Source: Octopus sinensis (lineage: Eukaryota). Taken from it: a stretch of 64,000 nucleotides of DNA. The DNA lies in NCBI RefSeq assembly GCF_006345805.1, contig NC_043006.1, positions 8,432,001 through 8,496,000 of the forward strand, in the 5' to 3' direction. Below, piece after piece: positions 36,192 to 49,394 of the stretch (position 1 is its first letter; the number at the start of each line of letters is the position of its first letter). A program made the translations under genes and the position numbers. The notes beneath the pieces were generated by a model. That model searched no databases and had not been told where the DNA came from. It was given only the letters and a program-made list of their open reading frames with translations.

Positions 36192-37291
36192 TGCGTGTAT
36201 GTGTGTGTATGTGTGTGTGTGTATCTGTATGGTGTGCATTTGTGTGTTTGTGTGTGTGCGCTTGTGTGCTCGTATGTGCGCTTGTGTGCTCGCGTGTGCG
36301 CTTGTGTGCTCGCGTGTGCGATTGTATATGGATACATATGTACTTATTCATATTCACATATTTCTGTCACACAAAGGGAAATTTCCAATGAAAGAAATGA
36401 CAAAAGAATGAATGCGTCAAATATCACAAAGTTTCGAACACTATATTATTGTATCGATGCAATAAATTCTGTATAAACCACTTTGTTGCAGTAAATGGTG
36501 TATTTCTTAAAAAGCAAACAATGCTTCTTTTCACAGAAGATATAAACACAGAATAATAGCAAAAATATTTCTTAAAACTTGAAGCAGCGTAAATTACTCA
36601 GAGAAGTAGGTAATCGCTGAGAAAATATACGCTGTGATGTTTATATTGTAGAAATATCTTAGATAAGTGTGTTAGAGATGTATTTAACTTTCAGCTAGCA
36701 TTCATCATTTCATTTAACTAAGGAATAGTTAATAACTGTAACGTCCCTAATTCATTCTAACATTTTAAAAGGAAACCAGGCAAATCAGTGTAAAATTGTA
36801 AAAGGTCTTACTGTGAATATTTTGGCATTTTTATTCCTAGCTTAAAGTTTCAGAAACGTGAGTTTATCTGGTTTATGCCTATTATGTAACCAAGGGAAAT
36901 ATATCGTGTAATAATGTAAAGCTGCCGTTCGATCATAAAAATTAAATGTATCATAAATTACACCATATTCATGAGAAAATGTGTTTTCCTTTCTTAAACT
37001 TAAGATAACTGATGCTATTGCGAAAGAACCCCTTCTCTTTTTGATCTAGTGAATCCTTTGTACATTTTACTGAGTACCGTTAATGCAAGTTTTTTAATAG
37101 ACAAAAATCCATACTCACGTTATCAAACACTTCGCATATACAAAGCTAGCACAAAATGCAACACAAATCCTAATTGTAAGAATGCTAGTTACTTTTAAAG
37201 ACGATTTAAAAACTGATATTTGGATATAAATATAATAGAATGCTTTGTAAAACTTGTCGAGAATATCCACGCCATCAATTTCAGTATCTTT

Positions 37292-37329
<38 letters not shown>

Positions 37330-37500
37330 ACAAAACTGTCCGACGAACGGCAACGTGAAACTGAGTAACAGTTTTTGTTATATTTCTACTGCTTTTAAAT
37401 AAAGCATATTACTCTACCTCTGGTATTTGAGTAACTCTTTTTTCCACCTTGTTTCACATTTGCTTACTCTGGCATGCATACATACATACATACATACACA

Positions 37501-37580
<80 letters not shown>

Positions 37581-37601
37581 GTATGTATGTAGGTATGTAT
37601 G

Positions 37602-37634
<33 letters not shown>

Positions 37635-38225
37635 TACACGATAACAATGTAAATACTTATAATGAGTTGAATAAAAAAAATGTTCTGCAAGTTGACTTTT
37701 CTGAGTTTTGTTCAAACATTGGTTTTCAAAAACAAAATTTTTCATATAATAAAATAAAACTATTGTATTTTCTTGCAATAATTCCTGCGCTAAACGCTTT
37801 AGTATCCACAAAACAAGCAGGAACACTTTATCTCATCTTAAAATTATCTTTTATTTTTTTTTGTCACAGGCTCTAGAATATAACAAAAATAAATTAAATG
37901 AAATATTGTTATTTTTGTTTTGCAAATTTGAACATCGTTATCTGAAGAGAAGCCATCGAAGAAGAATTAAAAACAGTCACAGTTGTGAGAAATATGTTCC
38001 CAAGTATGCTTTCAAATATAAAACGCAATTTATCATAAGTAAGAATATGACTAGTACTCCGTAATTTTATCACAATTAAATGTAACTTAGAGCAATAATT
38101 CTTTAGAACCAAAATTATAGAGAAATAATGTATATAAAATTATAATTGGAGCGGCAAAATTGTATAAGACTCATTTAGCATAGATGGGTGTACATGACAT
38201 ATTCATCATTGAATGTTTTGTATTA

Positions 38226-38830
38226 GGCGGCGAGCTGGCAGAATCGTTAGCACGCCGGGCGAGATGCTTAGCGGTATTTCGTCTGCCGCCACGTTCTGAG
38301 GTCAAATTCCACCGAGGTCGACTTTGCCTTTCATCTTTTCGGGGTCGATTAAATAAGTACCAGTTATGCACTGAGGTGGATATAATCGACTTAATCCGTT
38401 TGTCTGTCCTTGTTTGTCCCTTCTGTGTTTAGCCCCTTGTGGGTAGCAAAGAAATAGGTATTTCTTCTGCTGCTACGTTCTGAGTTCAAATTCAGCCGAG
38501 GTCGACTTTGCTTTTCATCCTTTTGTGGTCGATTAAATAAGTACCAGTTACGCACTGGGGTCAATATAATCGACATAATCCGTTCCTCTGTCCTTGTTTG
38601 TCCCCTTTGTGTGTAGCCCCTTGTGGGCAGTAAAGAAATAAGAATTGTTAGCGTATCGGGCAAAATTGTTTAGCATTATTTCTTCTGACTCATTACGTTC
38701 TGAGTTCAAATTTCACTGGGCTCAACTATCATTCCTCTGGGATCACTGTTATAAGTATCACTCAGATACTGAGGCCTATGTACTTGACTTATCCCCCCAT
38801 CTAAAATGCATAAACTTGTTCCCAATTTTG
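38226..38830 (+). mobile_element. head-to-tail array of three family E SINE units
   Basis: Full unit 38226-38458, 5'-truncated unit ~38457-38640, degenerate unit ~38645-38830. Confidence 0.8.
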
Positions 38831-39656
38831 AAATGATCTAATGCATTATATATGATGTTCCTCATGCAAAGATGTCTATTTATATAACCAAACTTCTAAA
38901 CAATCATGTGTATCGTTCTGAAATGATAGCAAAATTTTCAGACATTTTATACGAACATGAATATCGCTTTATCGTAAATTTGAAAGCAGCCTTGCTGGAA
39001 TTTCCATTTATATCTCTCGATTTGGACAAACCTTATTCATTGAAGTTACATCGTCTACGTTTTTTTCCCCCATTTGCGTTTTTAAATTTATTATGATGTT
39101 CTTGTCTACTTATCCATCTCTTGTAACTTGTACTTTGACAGTCATTACAGTATTGGTAGAGTAACTGGTATTTTTTAATAAATGTAGTACATAGATTTCA
39201 CACATACGGCAAGGAACGCCATTGAAAGTAGTTTCACATTCGTCTAATAATTTTCCGGCTTCCTTTAAAATTTATGAAAGGAAACATAGGTAAATGTAGT
39301 TTTATATGCACAAAATCTAAATAGTACTCACACATACCTTCAACATACGCACACATATACACACACCTTCATATATATACACAGACGCACACATATATTT
39401 GTGCATAGATCAATGCAGTGCACTTCAACCATGGAAGAATATTCTATTTTGATAATGAATGTTACTTATCCCTGTTAAGATTGAGGTAGAGTTATCATAA
39501 AATAACATAGATGACGTAAATGAATCCAAGAGCGTGGGTGCTGAAGAATTGTAATTCAAAAAATGAAATGGGATCTAATCTCACACGGACCTTTCAGTTG
39601 GCTACGCTTGAGAACTGGATTAAAAACAACATTTGGCGCATCCAAGATGCATTCTT

Positions 39657-39716
<60 letters not shown>

Positions 39717-39718
39717 TT

Positions 39719-40024
39719 GTGGAGGCGCAATGGCCTAGTGGTTAGGGCAGCGGACTCGCGGTCGCAGGATCGCGGTTTCGATTCCCAGACCGGGCGTTGT
39801 GTGTGTTTATTGAGCGAAAACACCTAAAAGCTCCACGAGGCTCCGGCAGGGGGTGGTGATCCCTGCTGTACTCTTTCACCATTCTTTCTCCCACTCTTTC
39901 TTCTGTTGGCCTGCTCGCTTACCAGCGGGGTGGCGTCATTCGAAGGCTAAAACAATGCGAACGCATTGTGACCAGCGATGTGTAACAACATCTGATGGTC
40001 TGGTCGGTCACGTGATCACGTGAT
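39719..40024 (+). mobile_element. SINE family B, full length
   Basis: A box tggcctagtgg, B box gtttcgattcc, tail ctggtcggtcacgtgatcacgtgat. Confidence 0.9.
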
Positions 40025-40123
40025 ATATATATATATATATATATATTTAGAACTATCGAAAATATAAACGTTTTATATAGATGTATGCATATGCACACAC
40101 ACACACACATGTAAATATATATA

Positions 40124-40353
40124 TTTCTTTACTACTCACAAGGGGCCAAACACAGAGAGGACAAACAAGGACAGACAAGCGGATTAAGTCGATTACATCG
40201 AACCCAGTGCGTAACTGGTACTTATTTAATCAACCCGAAAGGATGAAAGGCAAAGTCGACCTCGGCGGAATTTGAACTCAGAACGTAACGCAGACGAAAT
40301 ACGGCTACGCATTTCGCCCGGCGTGCTAACGTTTCTGCCAGCTCGCCACCTTA
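40124..40353 (-). mobile_element. SINE family E with 21-bp target-site duplication
   Basis: acacacatgtaaatatatata at 40103-40123 and 40354-40374. Confidence 0.9.
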
Positions 40354-40407
40354 ACACACATGTAAATATATATAGATATATTTATACGAACACATGTATA
40401 ATTAATC

Positions 40408-40685
40408 TAATTCGATGGTAAATATAAGATATAATAAAGAGTAACACATTATATTAAGAGAAAACAGCCTAATTAATATTAAATATTAATTAAATGTTTG
40501 AAAGAACAGTGAAACTTAGTAAATTGTTATTGAAACACACCTGTCATAATTCGATGATAAATATGATATATAATTAAGAGTAACACACAATATTAAGAAA
40601 AAACGGTCTACTTTATATCAAATATTAATCAAATATTTGAAAGAACAGTGAAACTTAGTAAATTGTTATTGAAACAGACCTGTCG
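40408..40685. repeat. tandem duplication, 139-bp unit
   Basis: taattcgatg.taaatat...agagtaacaca...tttgaaagaacagtgaaacttagtaaattgttattgaaaca.acctgtc occurs twice. Confidence 0.9.
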
Positions 40686-41959
40686 TATATATCTGTAGAA
40701 CTTTAGAAAAATATTTCACTTCACAGCTTCCTCTTTTGCCCTGCAGACCAAAACAAGAACCTAGTTTCAGAATTAGAAACTATGGCAAAGTTTGATAGAT
40801 GACAGATGAATAAAAGAAATGGGTTAGGTACTTAATATCATACATGAACACTAAGTTCGAAACGTATCACATTTTTCTTGTATTGTTAGTCTAGTGCCAA
40901 TAGAAAAATTAGAGGTGGATTGATTTAGCAGATAGAACATCAAAACATTCCAGTTTTTAATAAACTTTTCTATGATTTCAGGTTCCGTGTGTCAGGGCGG
41001 TATTCTTTAATTTGTCCTTATATATCTGAATGCAGTCAAGTTTCAAGGGAAGATATGATTGATATTTCTAGCAGGTTCAGGGATGGAATCGCAGAGTATC
41101 ACTGGCATTAACTCATAACGTATTGGATTACTATAACAGATTAACATTAATCACATTTCGGTATAGCTGCTGTATGTTTTGATAAACAGAACAGATGTAC
41201 ATTTTAGAAGAAATGAGAATCGAGAGATTTATTTGATCATGCCTTTCCTAAAGGGAATATATTCTATGAGAGAAAAAAAAACGAAACTGCTTGGGCGAAT
41301 TTGAACTACATAGTAAATTCACTATTTACCCCCAAAGCAAGTCGGAAGAAATTAAATGAAAGATCTTTTATAATGAAACAACGAGTAATCTTACTAAAGA
41401 AGGTAAACAACTCAAACAGAGATAGCTAGATGCTTCATATGTTATGTGTTTTATACAAAGTATAGATGTTAAGAAAACTGGTAGGTTTAAATCCAAGGTG
41501 AAAATATATTGTTTACTGAACTACGCGTTAGAAATTGCAATTTACTTATTACCCAGCTTCATATTAACGGAATCATATGAATATAATAAGATAGATCTTA
41601 GCAAGGAATAACATTGATTTAAAGTCAATGTTTGGTAACATAAGAATCGGATTCTGATTAAATTGGTGAAAGATGATCCATATACATATATGAAGTATAG
41701 TTTCATATCTTGTTACCAAGATGAAAAATTTATTTCTGTATATTCAATAAGAAACTTAACAGCTATTCAACAAAACAAAATGTGTCGTGTGTTGTTTGTA
41801 TATACGCCAATTATGGAAGAATATACATTACATCTACCTACCTACCTACCTACCTACATACATACATACATACATACATACATACATACATACATACATA
41901 CATAAATACATACATTGCATATATATATATAAGTATATACAAAGGAGAGTGAAAAATAA

Positions 41960-42590
41960 AGCGCGCTCTTGATTTTCAATGTATTTACACAAAAGGCGGG
42001 AAATAAACAAGTCCATAATTTTTCTATATAGTCTCTTTCCTTTTCAATGCCTTTGGCCCAGCAGTAAAGAAGCTTGCGTATTTCCTCCAAGAAGGTTTTC
42101 GTTGGTCGTGCAACCATTTATGCTCCGCTTCCTTCACATTTTCATCTCGTAAATTATCTTTGTGTGGTCTAAAGATATGACAGTTGGAAGAGGCGAGATC
42201 TGGGCTGTAGGTAGAGTGTCCCAGCACCTCAAAACTAAGTTGGTTAATGGTTTCAATGGTCCGGGCGGCCATGTGAGAGCGAATAATCAGGCACCAACAA
42301 AACTTTCTTCCACAATAGGCTTTGGCATTTGGTGCAAATTGCTGGCTTCAGTTTGTTGGCCAGCTAAGTATTGTATCTTGCACTGGTAATTGTAAACCGC
42401 GTTTCCAGGTAGTCTTCCAGTATAGGTCCTTTTGGATCCCCAAAATGGGTTAGCATTACCTCTCCCGCGGAAGAAGAGTCTTAAATTTCTTCCTCTCTGG
42501 CGAGCCAGGATGTTTCCAGACTATACTCTATCTTTTGGATTCTGCCTCATAATGATGGATACACAATGCTCCAGACAACTTGTTCGAGAC
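41960..42590 (-). mobile_element. mariner transposase relic
   Basis: HHYEAESKR..WKHPGSP.RKKFK..SAGEVML, then YSPDLASSN (YSPDLAPSD) and GIEKERDYIEK. Confidence 0.85.
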
Positions 42591-42599
42591 CACATTAGC

Positions 42600-43127
42600 A
42601 CATACGGGAAATCCAGTTGGTAATTGTCAGACACCTAAAAATGACTGAGTAAGTTTACTAGGCTTTTGCCTTACACCCATATTGAAACAACTACCACCAC
42701 ACAATCAAAACGTGCGCCCAAGAAGGCGTTCCAATCTCTCATTCGCACTAAAACTAGAGACGTTCCCAGGAAAACGTCTAGACGTCTGTAGGAATCCGGT
42801 AGTCTTCCCCTTAACGCAGCTGAAGATGCCCCTGTCGCTATTGTTCACATCCAGGACTATCGACTTTCCCTCTGGGTAGAGAAAATCGTTTTTTTATGTC
42901 TGGGGCTTTCAGGGACAAAACCACCGTTTCTCCTACATATGTAGCTCATATGTAGATAAGTAAATCTCGTAAGATTTCAAGATGGGCATGAATGCTCGTC
43001 CGTTGGAGAATCTAGTTTTACTGATAGCCAGCACATCTAAACTTAGCGACCTGAGGTTATTGAGTAGGTGACCCAGTTTCCGTAGCAACCTCAGGTCATA
43101 TGCATTTATACATCCTATTCTGAGCAA
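42600..43127 (-). mobile_element. L1/Tx1-type LINE APE endonuclease N-terminal relic
   Basis: LRIGCINAY.LR...LDVLAISKTR (N-x-x-G-L, E-T motif positions) and downstream RDWNAFL (GDWN). Confidence 0.6.
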
Positions 43128-43229
43128 GGCTATGTTTGTCAGAGAAAAGGATAATAAAGAGAATTACCCATGTTTGACGAGGTTGTTGGTTGTGGCTTTG
43201 ATCGTGTAATTAGCGAGAGCTGGACAACA

Positions 43230-44550
43230 CCCTCATAATTCAACCCCCTAGGACAACCCCCCCTAAATAAATTGGACAAAACCCCTTCAGTTATATTTTG
43301 ACGGAGGTGTACAATGAACAATCCACCTATTTTCTTCGTTTTTTTTTTTTACAGATTCCGACATTTTCGGCAACGGGGATTCTAATTCTAACAAACAATC
43401 GGCATTTTCCTCTCTAAATATTATTTTGATGATGACAATAATGATGATGATGAAGAGGGTTGAGTCTGTTGCAGTTGGTGGTGGTAATTGTCCGCCGCTG
43501 GGTTCTGAGTACAAATTCCGCCGAGGTCGGCTTTGCCTCTCATCCTTTCGGGGTCGATAAATTAAGTACCAGTTACGCACTGGAGTCGATGTAATCGACT
43601 TAATACCTATGACTGTCCTTGTTTGTCCCCTCTGTGTTTAGCCCCTTGTGGGTAATAAAATAAATAGGTAATTGTGGTGTTTAGTGCTAGTCACAACTTT
43701 GGCGGTGGTGGTGATGATAGTGATAATGGCCTTGTTGATGGTGGTGTTGGTGATAATGATGATGATGTTGAAGTTGATGATGATGATGATGAGAATGATG
43801 TTGGTAGTGGTGATGACGATGATTATAATAGTGATGATGAATGTTTTAAACTTGTAAAATACATTTTTTGAAGTATATGCCTTCCCTTTTATGTTGTAAT
43901 TCAGAAAATTTGTACATCGAGTAGTAATGGCTGTTGTGTTCTGTCATTTTATTCTACTTATTTATTTTCGATAGAACTTAATTTTCTATATTTGAAAATT
44001 AGAATTTTGGAAAATAAAAGTGTTTTTCGCGTTTTTGTTTACAAGTAATTTAAAAAAATCAAGATATTTGGCTGTTATTTCTAGTATGTGAAAATATCTT
44101 GTTGGCTTAACTCCATGCGCTTGTTGGAAATCACCTACATATGCACAAAGGAGCGAACGAATTTACAAACATCTCGAATATTGAACTGGATGTGCACTGG
44201 ATGGGGGGGGGGGGCAATTTGTTTTAAAAAATAGAAACTTTAGAAAAAATTGTTTTCCAGAGAATGAAAATCTTCGTATATTTTCTGAAAAAATTTTCGC
44301 AATCGAACCGAAAAAATTAGCATTCGAGAGAGATTTAAATTTTGAGATGCTGACATTTTTTTCAACAACGTCGGAATCTGTAAAAATAAAAATAAAATTT
44401 AATTAACGGAAAAGAGGTGGGGTATTTATTGTTCACCTCTGCCAAAAATATAACTGTGGGTTTTTATCCTTTTTCGCACTTCAACTTAGGATATTTTATC
44501 CTGGGGGTTTTGTCCGAGGGTTTTTTGTCCTAGAGGTGGAGTATTCCGAG
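43230..44550. mobile_element. old TIR DNA element with ggacaaaacccc subterminal repeats
   Basis: 43240-43365 (ggacaaaacccc..cagttatattttg..gaggtg.acaat..ccacct..tttttacagattccgac) mirrored at 44365-44535; SINE E and (GAT)n inside. Confidence 0.55.
43490..43669 (+). mobile_element. SINE family E, 5'-truncated, tail type 1
   Basis: ttctgagtacaaattccgccgaggtcg...tttagccccttgtgggtaataaa. Confidence 0.85.
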
Positions 44551-44959
44551 CCCCGTATTACAATTAACTTACAACCACAACTCAGCAATAAGCAACATTT
44601 AATTTGAGAAAATAATTAGTTTTATCATAATGAGATTTTTTTTCTATATAGCGCAGATGTACTTTTGTACGATTGTTTCGTTGCATTGTAAAGAAGATAA
44701 ACTGATTCATTTATGCATACGATTGTGTTATGGAGTTGCAAATCATCAATCGTCGGAATAAGTAACATTTTGGAAAATATTTGAACTATTTCTAAAGATC
44801 AGTCTGTGATATTGTTTTTGTCAATAATGCTTTTTTTAACAGGCAAATACTTTCCTATTATAATATTTGCCCGAAAATTTCTAACGCTAATTATGAAAAC
44901 ATGCCTGTTCTTATTAATCGTAAATATCTTGGAAAATGTATAGTGCGTGTCAATGATTC

Positions 44960-45128
44960 TTTTCTACTCTAGGCACAAGGCCTGAACATTTTGGGGAGGG
45001 GGCCAGTTGATTAGATCGACTTCAGTACGCAACTGGTACTTTATTTATCAACCCTGAAAGGATGAAAGGCAAAGTCGACCTCGACGGAATTTGAACTTAG
45101 AACGTAATAATAGACAAAATACCGCTAA
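44960..45128 (-). mobile_element. SINE family E, tail type 2
   Basis: Minus strand body followed by ccccaaaatgttcaggccttgtgcctagagtagaaaag. Confidence 0.8.
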
Positions 45129-45244
45129 TGACTCGAGTCAGTTGTAATAGCTGTTGATTATGTTCCTCAACGTATAAGCATTCTGCATCAGATACACGAC
45201 CAACGTCATAGCGTAAGGGCACACCATTCCGACTAAAAGGATGT

Positions 45245-45460
45245 GGTATTAGCACTCCGGGCGAAATGCCTAGCCATATTCCGCCTGCCGTTACGTTCTG
45301 AGTTCAAATTCCGCCGAGGTCGACTTTTTCTTTCATCCTTTCGGGGTCGATAAATTAAGTACCAGTTACGCACTGGGGTCGATGTAATCGACTTAATACC
45401 TATGTCTGTCATTGTTTGTCCCCTCTATGTTTAGCCTCTTGTGGGTAATAAAGAAATAGG
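45245..45460 (+). mobile_element. SINE family E, tail type 1
   Basis: Body match; ggtattagca at both ends (45245 and 45459). Confidence 0.85.
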
Positions 45461-46083
45461 TATTAGCATCCATATTGCTGAACTGAGAGGGTAAATTAGA
45501 AAGACAGATTTCTTTCTTCTTCTCAATGAAAATGTAGTAGTAGTAGTAATTGTAGTTATTAAACGGCAACGACGAGGATGAGGATGATGATGATGATGAC
45601 AATGATGGTGATGCGTACACAGGTCTGGTTGCCTTGGTAATGGGTACAAGAATTAAGGAAAAGAAGGAAAGGAAAGAATGTGCTACACTAGCAGCGGAAG
45701 CGTAGGCTGCCATAAGGTCACAAAGGTCAGAGCTCAGAAGAGATTGTTGTTTCTTTTGTCTTTGCTGCTGAACTCCAAAGAAAAATACTGAAAAGGATTC
45801 TTTGAAGTGTTTTTGATGAATCGGAAGTCTTTTGAATTTTGATTTAGTTTGCTTTCAATGTCTCACTCATTGATTGATGGAAATAAGGATAATTTTGGCA
45901 GTAAGAACCATTGAAATATGATAAAAGTCACCTGTATGGGGGAAAACAACCTGGCGTTGAGCGGTATATTAATTGCACACACTGACCAATTATGTTTACT
46001 ATAGACATGAGATTATCCGGAGACAATGATGCAAGACATTTTTTACGGATATTTACGGTGTTCGCCAACTCTCTTCTCTTGGC

Positions 46084-46623
46084 AACCGGTGCTGATGTGT
46101 TTGCGTCGTCGCAACTTAGCGGATCGGCAAAAGAACCGATAGAATAAGCACCAATCTTAACAGTATATTCTTTTACTATTTTACTTGTTTCAGTCATTTG
46201 ACTGTGGCCATGCTGGAGCACCGCCTTTAGTCGAGCAAATCGACCACAGGACTTATTCTTTGTAAGCCAAGTACTTATTCTACCAGCCTCTTTTGCCAAT
46301 AGAATAAGTCCTCTTTTGCCGAACCGATAAGTTATGAGTACGTAAGCGCACCAGCATTGGTTGTCAAGCGATGTTGGGGGACAAACACGGACACACAAAC
46401 ATATACACACAAACACATACATACATACATACATACATACATACATACATACATACATACGACAGACTTCTTTCAGTTTCCGTCTACCAAATCCACTCAC
46501 AAGGCTTTGGTCAGCCCGAGGCTATAGTAGAAGACACTTGGCCAAGGTGCCACGCAGTGGGACTGAACCCAGAGCCATGTGGTTCGTAAGCAAGCTACTT
46601 ACCACACAGCCATTCCTACGCTA
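46084..46623 (-). mobile_element. SINE family A (46171-46623, minus) plus a short plus-strand fragment (46084-46152)
   Basis: Full head-to-tail match on minus; accggtgctg..cttagcggatcggcaaaagaaccgatagaataag on plus. Confidence 0.85.
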
Positions 46624-46938
46624 CCAGGGATCTAGTTTTTTGCATTCGCAAAATATGCATTTGTTTAAAAGACAGTAAAAAATATGAAAATTGGCTATAA
46701 TAATTAAGTTTTCTAGTCTAATAGCTATGAAGGAATGATGAGGTTGAGTAAAAAAAACGGAGAAAAAAGTTTCAGAGGTCTCAAAATCGAAAAAAAACGT
46801 GTATTTATAGCAAATAGTGAGATTGAAATGTTCTGGGTTTAGCAGAACAATGTCGACTTTAATGTTGTACCCTGTGAAATTTATAGTTTAGTGTCTGTGA
46901 AATGACCTCTTCATTGTAGGTTACTAAATAAACAGAAA

Positions 46939-47333
46939 TCTTTATATATAAAAGTGAGGTTGTGTGCTGTCTGTCTCCTACGGTTTAGATTCCTAACTAC
47001 TCCCACATTTTGCGGTGCAGTTTAACCAAAACCGGGTATCTTATAGTCGTGATTCATATCGAGCCCTTCTGGGTATTAGCGCGCGTCTACGAGGAGTCTA
47101 CAATTAAAAAAAAATTACCATCAATTTTTCCCATTTTTAATGCATTTTTGGCATATATAAGGGAAGTAACTCTCTAAAAATTTATTATTAAATATCAGAA
47201 CGTAAAAAGCTACAGTAACATCCCCACTTTGTGGTTAGCCATATTGAGATAGCTATTATACTTTACATCTCTAAAAAATGCTTATATAGTTATTTCCCTT
47301 ACAAACCCGAGCAACGCCGGGCGATACTGCTAG
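46939..47333 (+). mobile_element. non-autonomous Helitron
   Basis: A|TC...cccgagcaacgccggg...CTAG|T. Confidence 0.87.
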
Positions 47334-48256
47334 TACTTAATAAAATCAACATGTATCATCTTAATGTTCCTTTTGTCTCTTCAATGATTGTATGGTTTTT
47401 ATTATTATTTTTTTAAAAATCTGTAATAGTAATATAATTGTCTGCGTGTGTTTACTTTATGCATCTTTCAGTGTAATGTTTACCTGTCATGTATTTGTGT
47501 ACGTCCTTAATTATATAAGCGTACATATGTATGTGTGTGTTTGTATGTCTCCAAATCTTCAAAGCTGAGTAAAGTTTTCATGCTTGGTCTTGTAAACTAT
47601 GATAACAATAACACTGGTCTTTTGAACTACGATAAGAATACCTGTATCTTTGCATGCAGAATTCATAAATAATGTCAAATTATCTGCACTGAGTTCACAT
47701 ATTCCATTCACCTGCATAATGCCAAGAAACTGTAAAAATATCGAAAACAACTTTTGCTATATATTGAAAATATTAAGACATTTGGCGAAAAATGTCTATA
47801 AAATTCTAATTAATGAATATAAATTTTCATTAAAACAAAAACACGTGGGTGAAGACAGATCTCGTGGTGTGAAGAATCAACACAAGATGCGGGTGGAACA
47901 CAAAATAATGTGCGGTTGTCATGGTGACTAGCTGTTAATACCTCACTAGCTGTTGAATACTTAAAATTACCCAAATTTTCCAAATTAAGTTCCAAATAAC
48001 AACAGATTCTTTAATTTCCGAGATAAAGAAATTCGATGATCATAATCAGCATTCAGAATTGCGTCGACACAACAAAATTGAAAGCAATCTGAGCAAAGTT
48101 ATGAAAAAGACGATATCCAATATAAGTACTTAGACCAATTCTTTCGACAATAAGAATTCTTTAAGGCTATGCTCCACTATGACCAAAACACACTCACACA
48201 AACACACATACACACACACGCACACACACACACACATACACATACATATATATATA

Positions 48257-49024
48257 TGGGCCACTCATATAAACATTTTGGGCCACTCATATAAACATGG
48301 GCCACTCATATAAACACCAAAGTTGACATGGCCCGCAGAATGTGTTCCTGCATTCTCAGAACTTTCCAGTCGAGAGATATCCACACCATTATCCTTCTCT
48401 TCTCCACTTTTGCCCGACCCCACCTTGAATACTGTTGTCCACTGTGGTCTCCCCACACAATACAAGGTATCATAAAAGTTGAAGCACCTCAAAGGGCAAT
48501 CACAAGAAAGATAGATGGCATGACAGGCCTCGACTATTGGGGTCGACTAGAAAAGCTAAAACTTTATTCTCTCCAACGTCGTCGTGAGCGCTACATCATC
48601 TGCATGATGTGGAAAATATTCCATCAGCATTGCCCAAATGATGTTGGCATCACCTTTAAGGTACATCCAAGGCTTGGGCCCCGTGCCATCCGCCCAAAAC
48701 AAAAATCGCACTGTCATCTCATAACAACAATACGGCACAATTATTTCACCTCAATTGGCCCCGCTCTCTTTAACATTACACCAAAACACATTAAAACAGA
48801 AACTGACCCTATAGGGTTCAAGAAGTCTTTGGACAGATTCCTTCAAGAAATCCCGGATAAACCCTCTACACCCGGATATGTCTCTGTAAACAATAACTCC
48901 CTACTTGAGTGGGCCATAGTGCCCAAATTCTGACTTGAAAGACTTCACCAGGTGGTGCTATTAAGTTAGACATGGCCTGGGCCAATAATGGCCGAAACCT
49001 ATCAAAGTATCAAAGTATCAAAGT
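48257..49024 (+). mobile_element. CR1-clade LINE 3' fragment (second family) with (ATCAAAGT)3 tail
   Basis: ORF 48328-48933 ARPHLEYCCPLWSP...LEKLKLYSLQRRRER...FKKSLDRFL; open for 201 codons. Confidence 0.9.
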
Positions 49025-49031
49025 ATATATA

Positions 49032-49095
<64 letters not shown>

Positions 49096-49109
49096 AAATA
49101 TTCATATAT

Positions 49110-49265
49110 AGGTTCATGAATGGTTGTAGTTTGTAGCTTGCTTACCAACCACATGCTTCCGGGTTCAGTCCCACTGCGTGGCACCTTGGGAGAATGTCTT
49201 CTATAATAGCATCGAGCCGACCAGAGCCTTGTAAGTTGATTAGGTAGACTGAAAGAAACCAGCCG
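49110..49265 (+). mobile_element. SINE family A, 5' half ending in (TA)n
   Basis: gcttaccaaccacatg..ccgggttcagtcccactgcgtggcaccttggg. Confidence 0.8.
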
Positions 49266-49331
49266 TATATATATATATATATATATATATATGTAGGTAT
49301 ATATATATATATATATATATATCTATATATA

Positions 49332-49391
<60 letters not shown>

Positions 49392-49394
49392 GGG

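Noticed and set aside
39719-39795. tRNA gene
   Set aside because: A and B boxes present but the anticodon stem is broken and it runs into a SINE body repeated elsewhere; it is a SINE head
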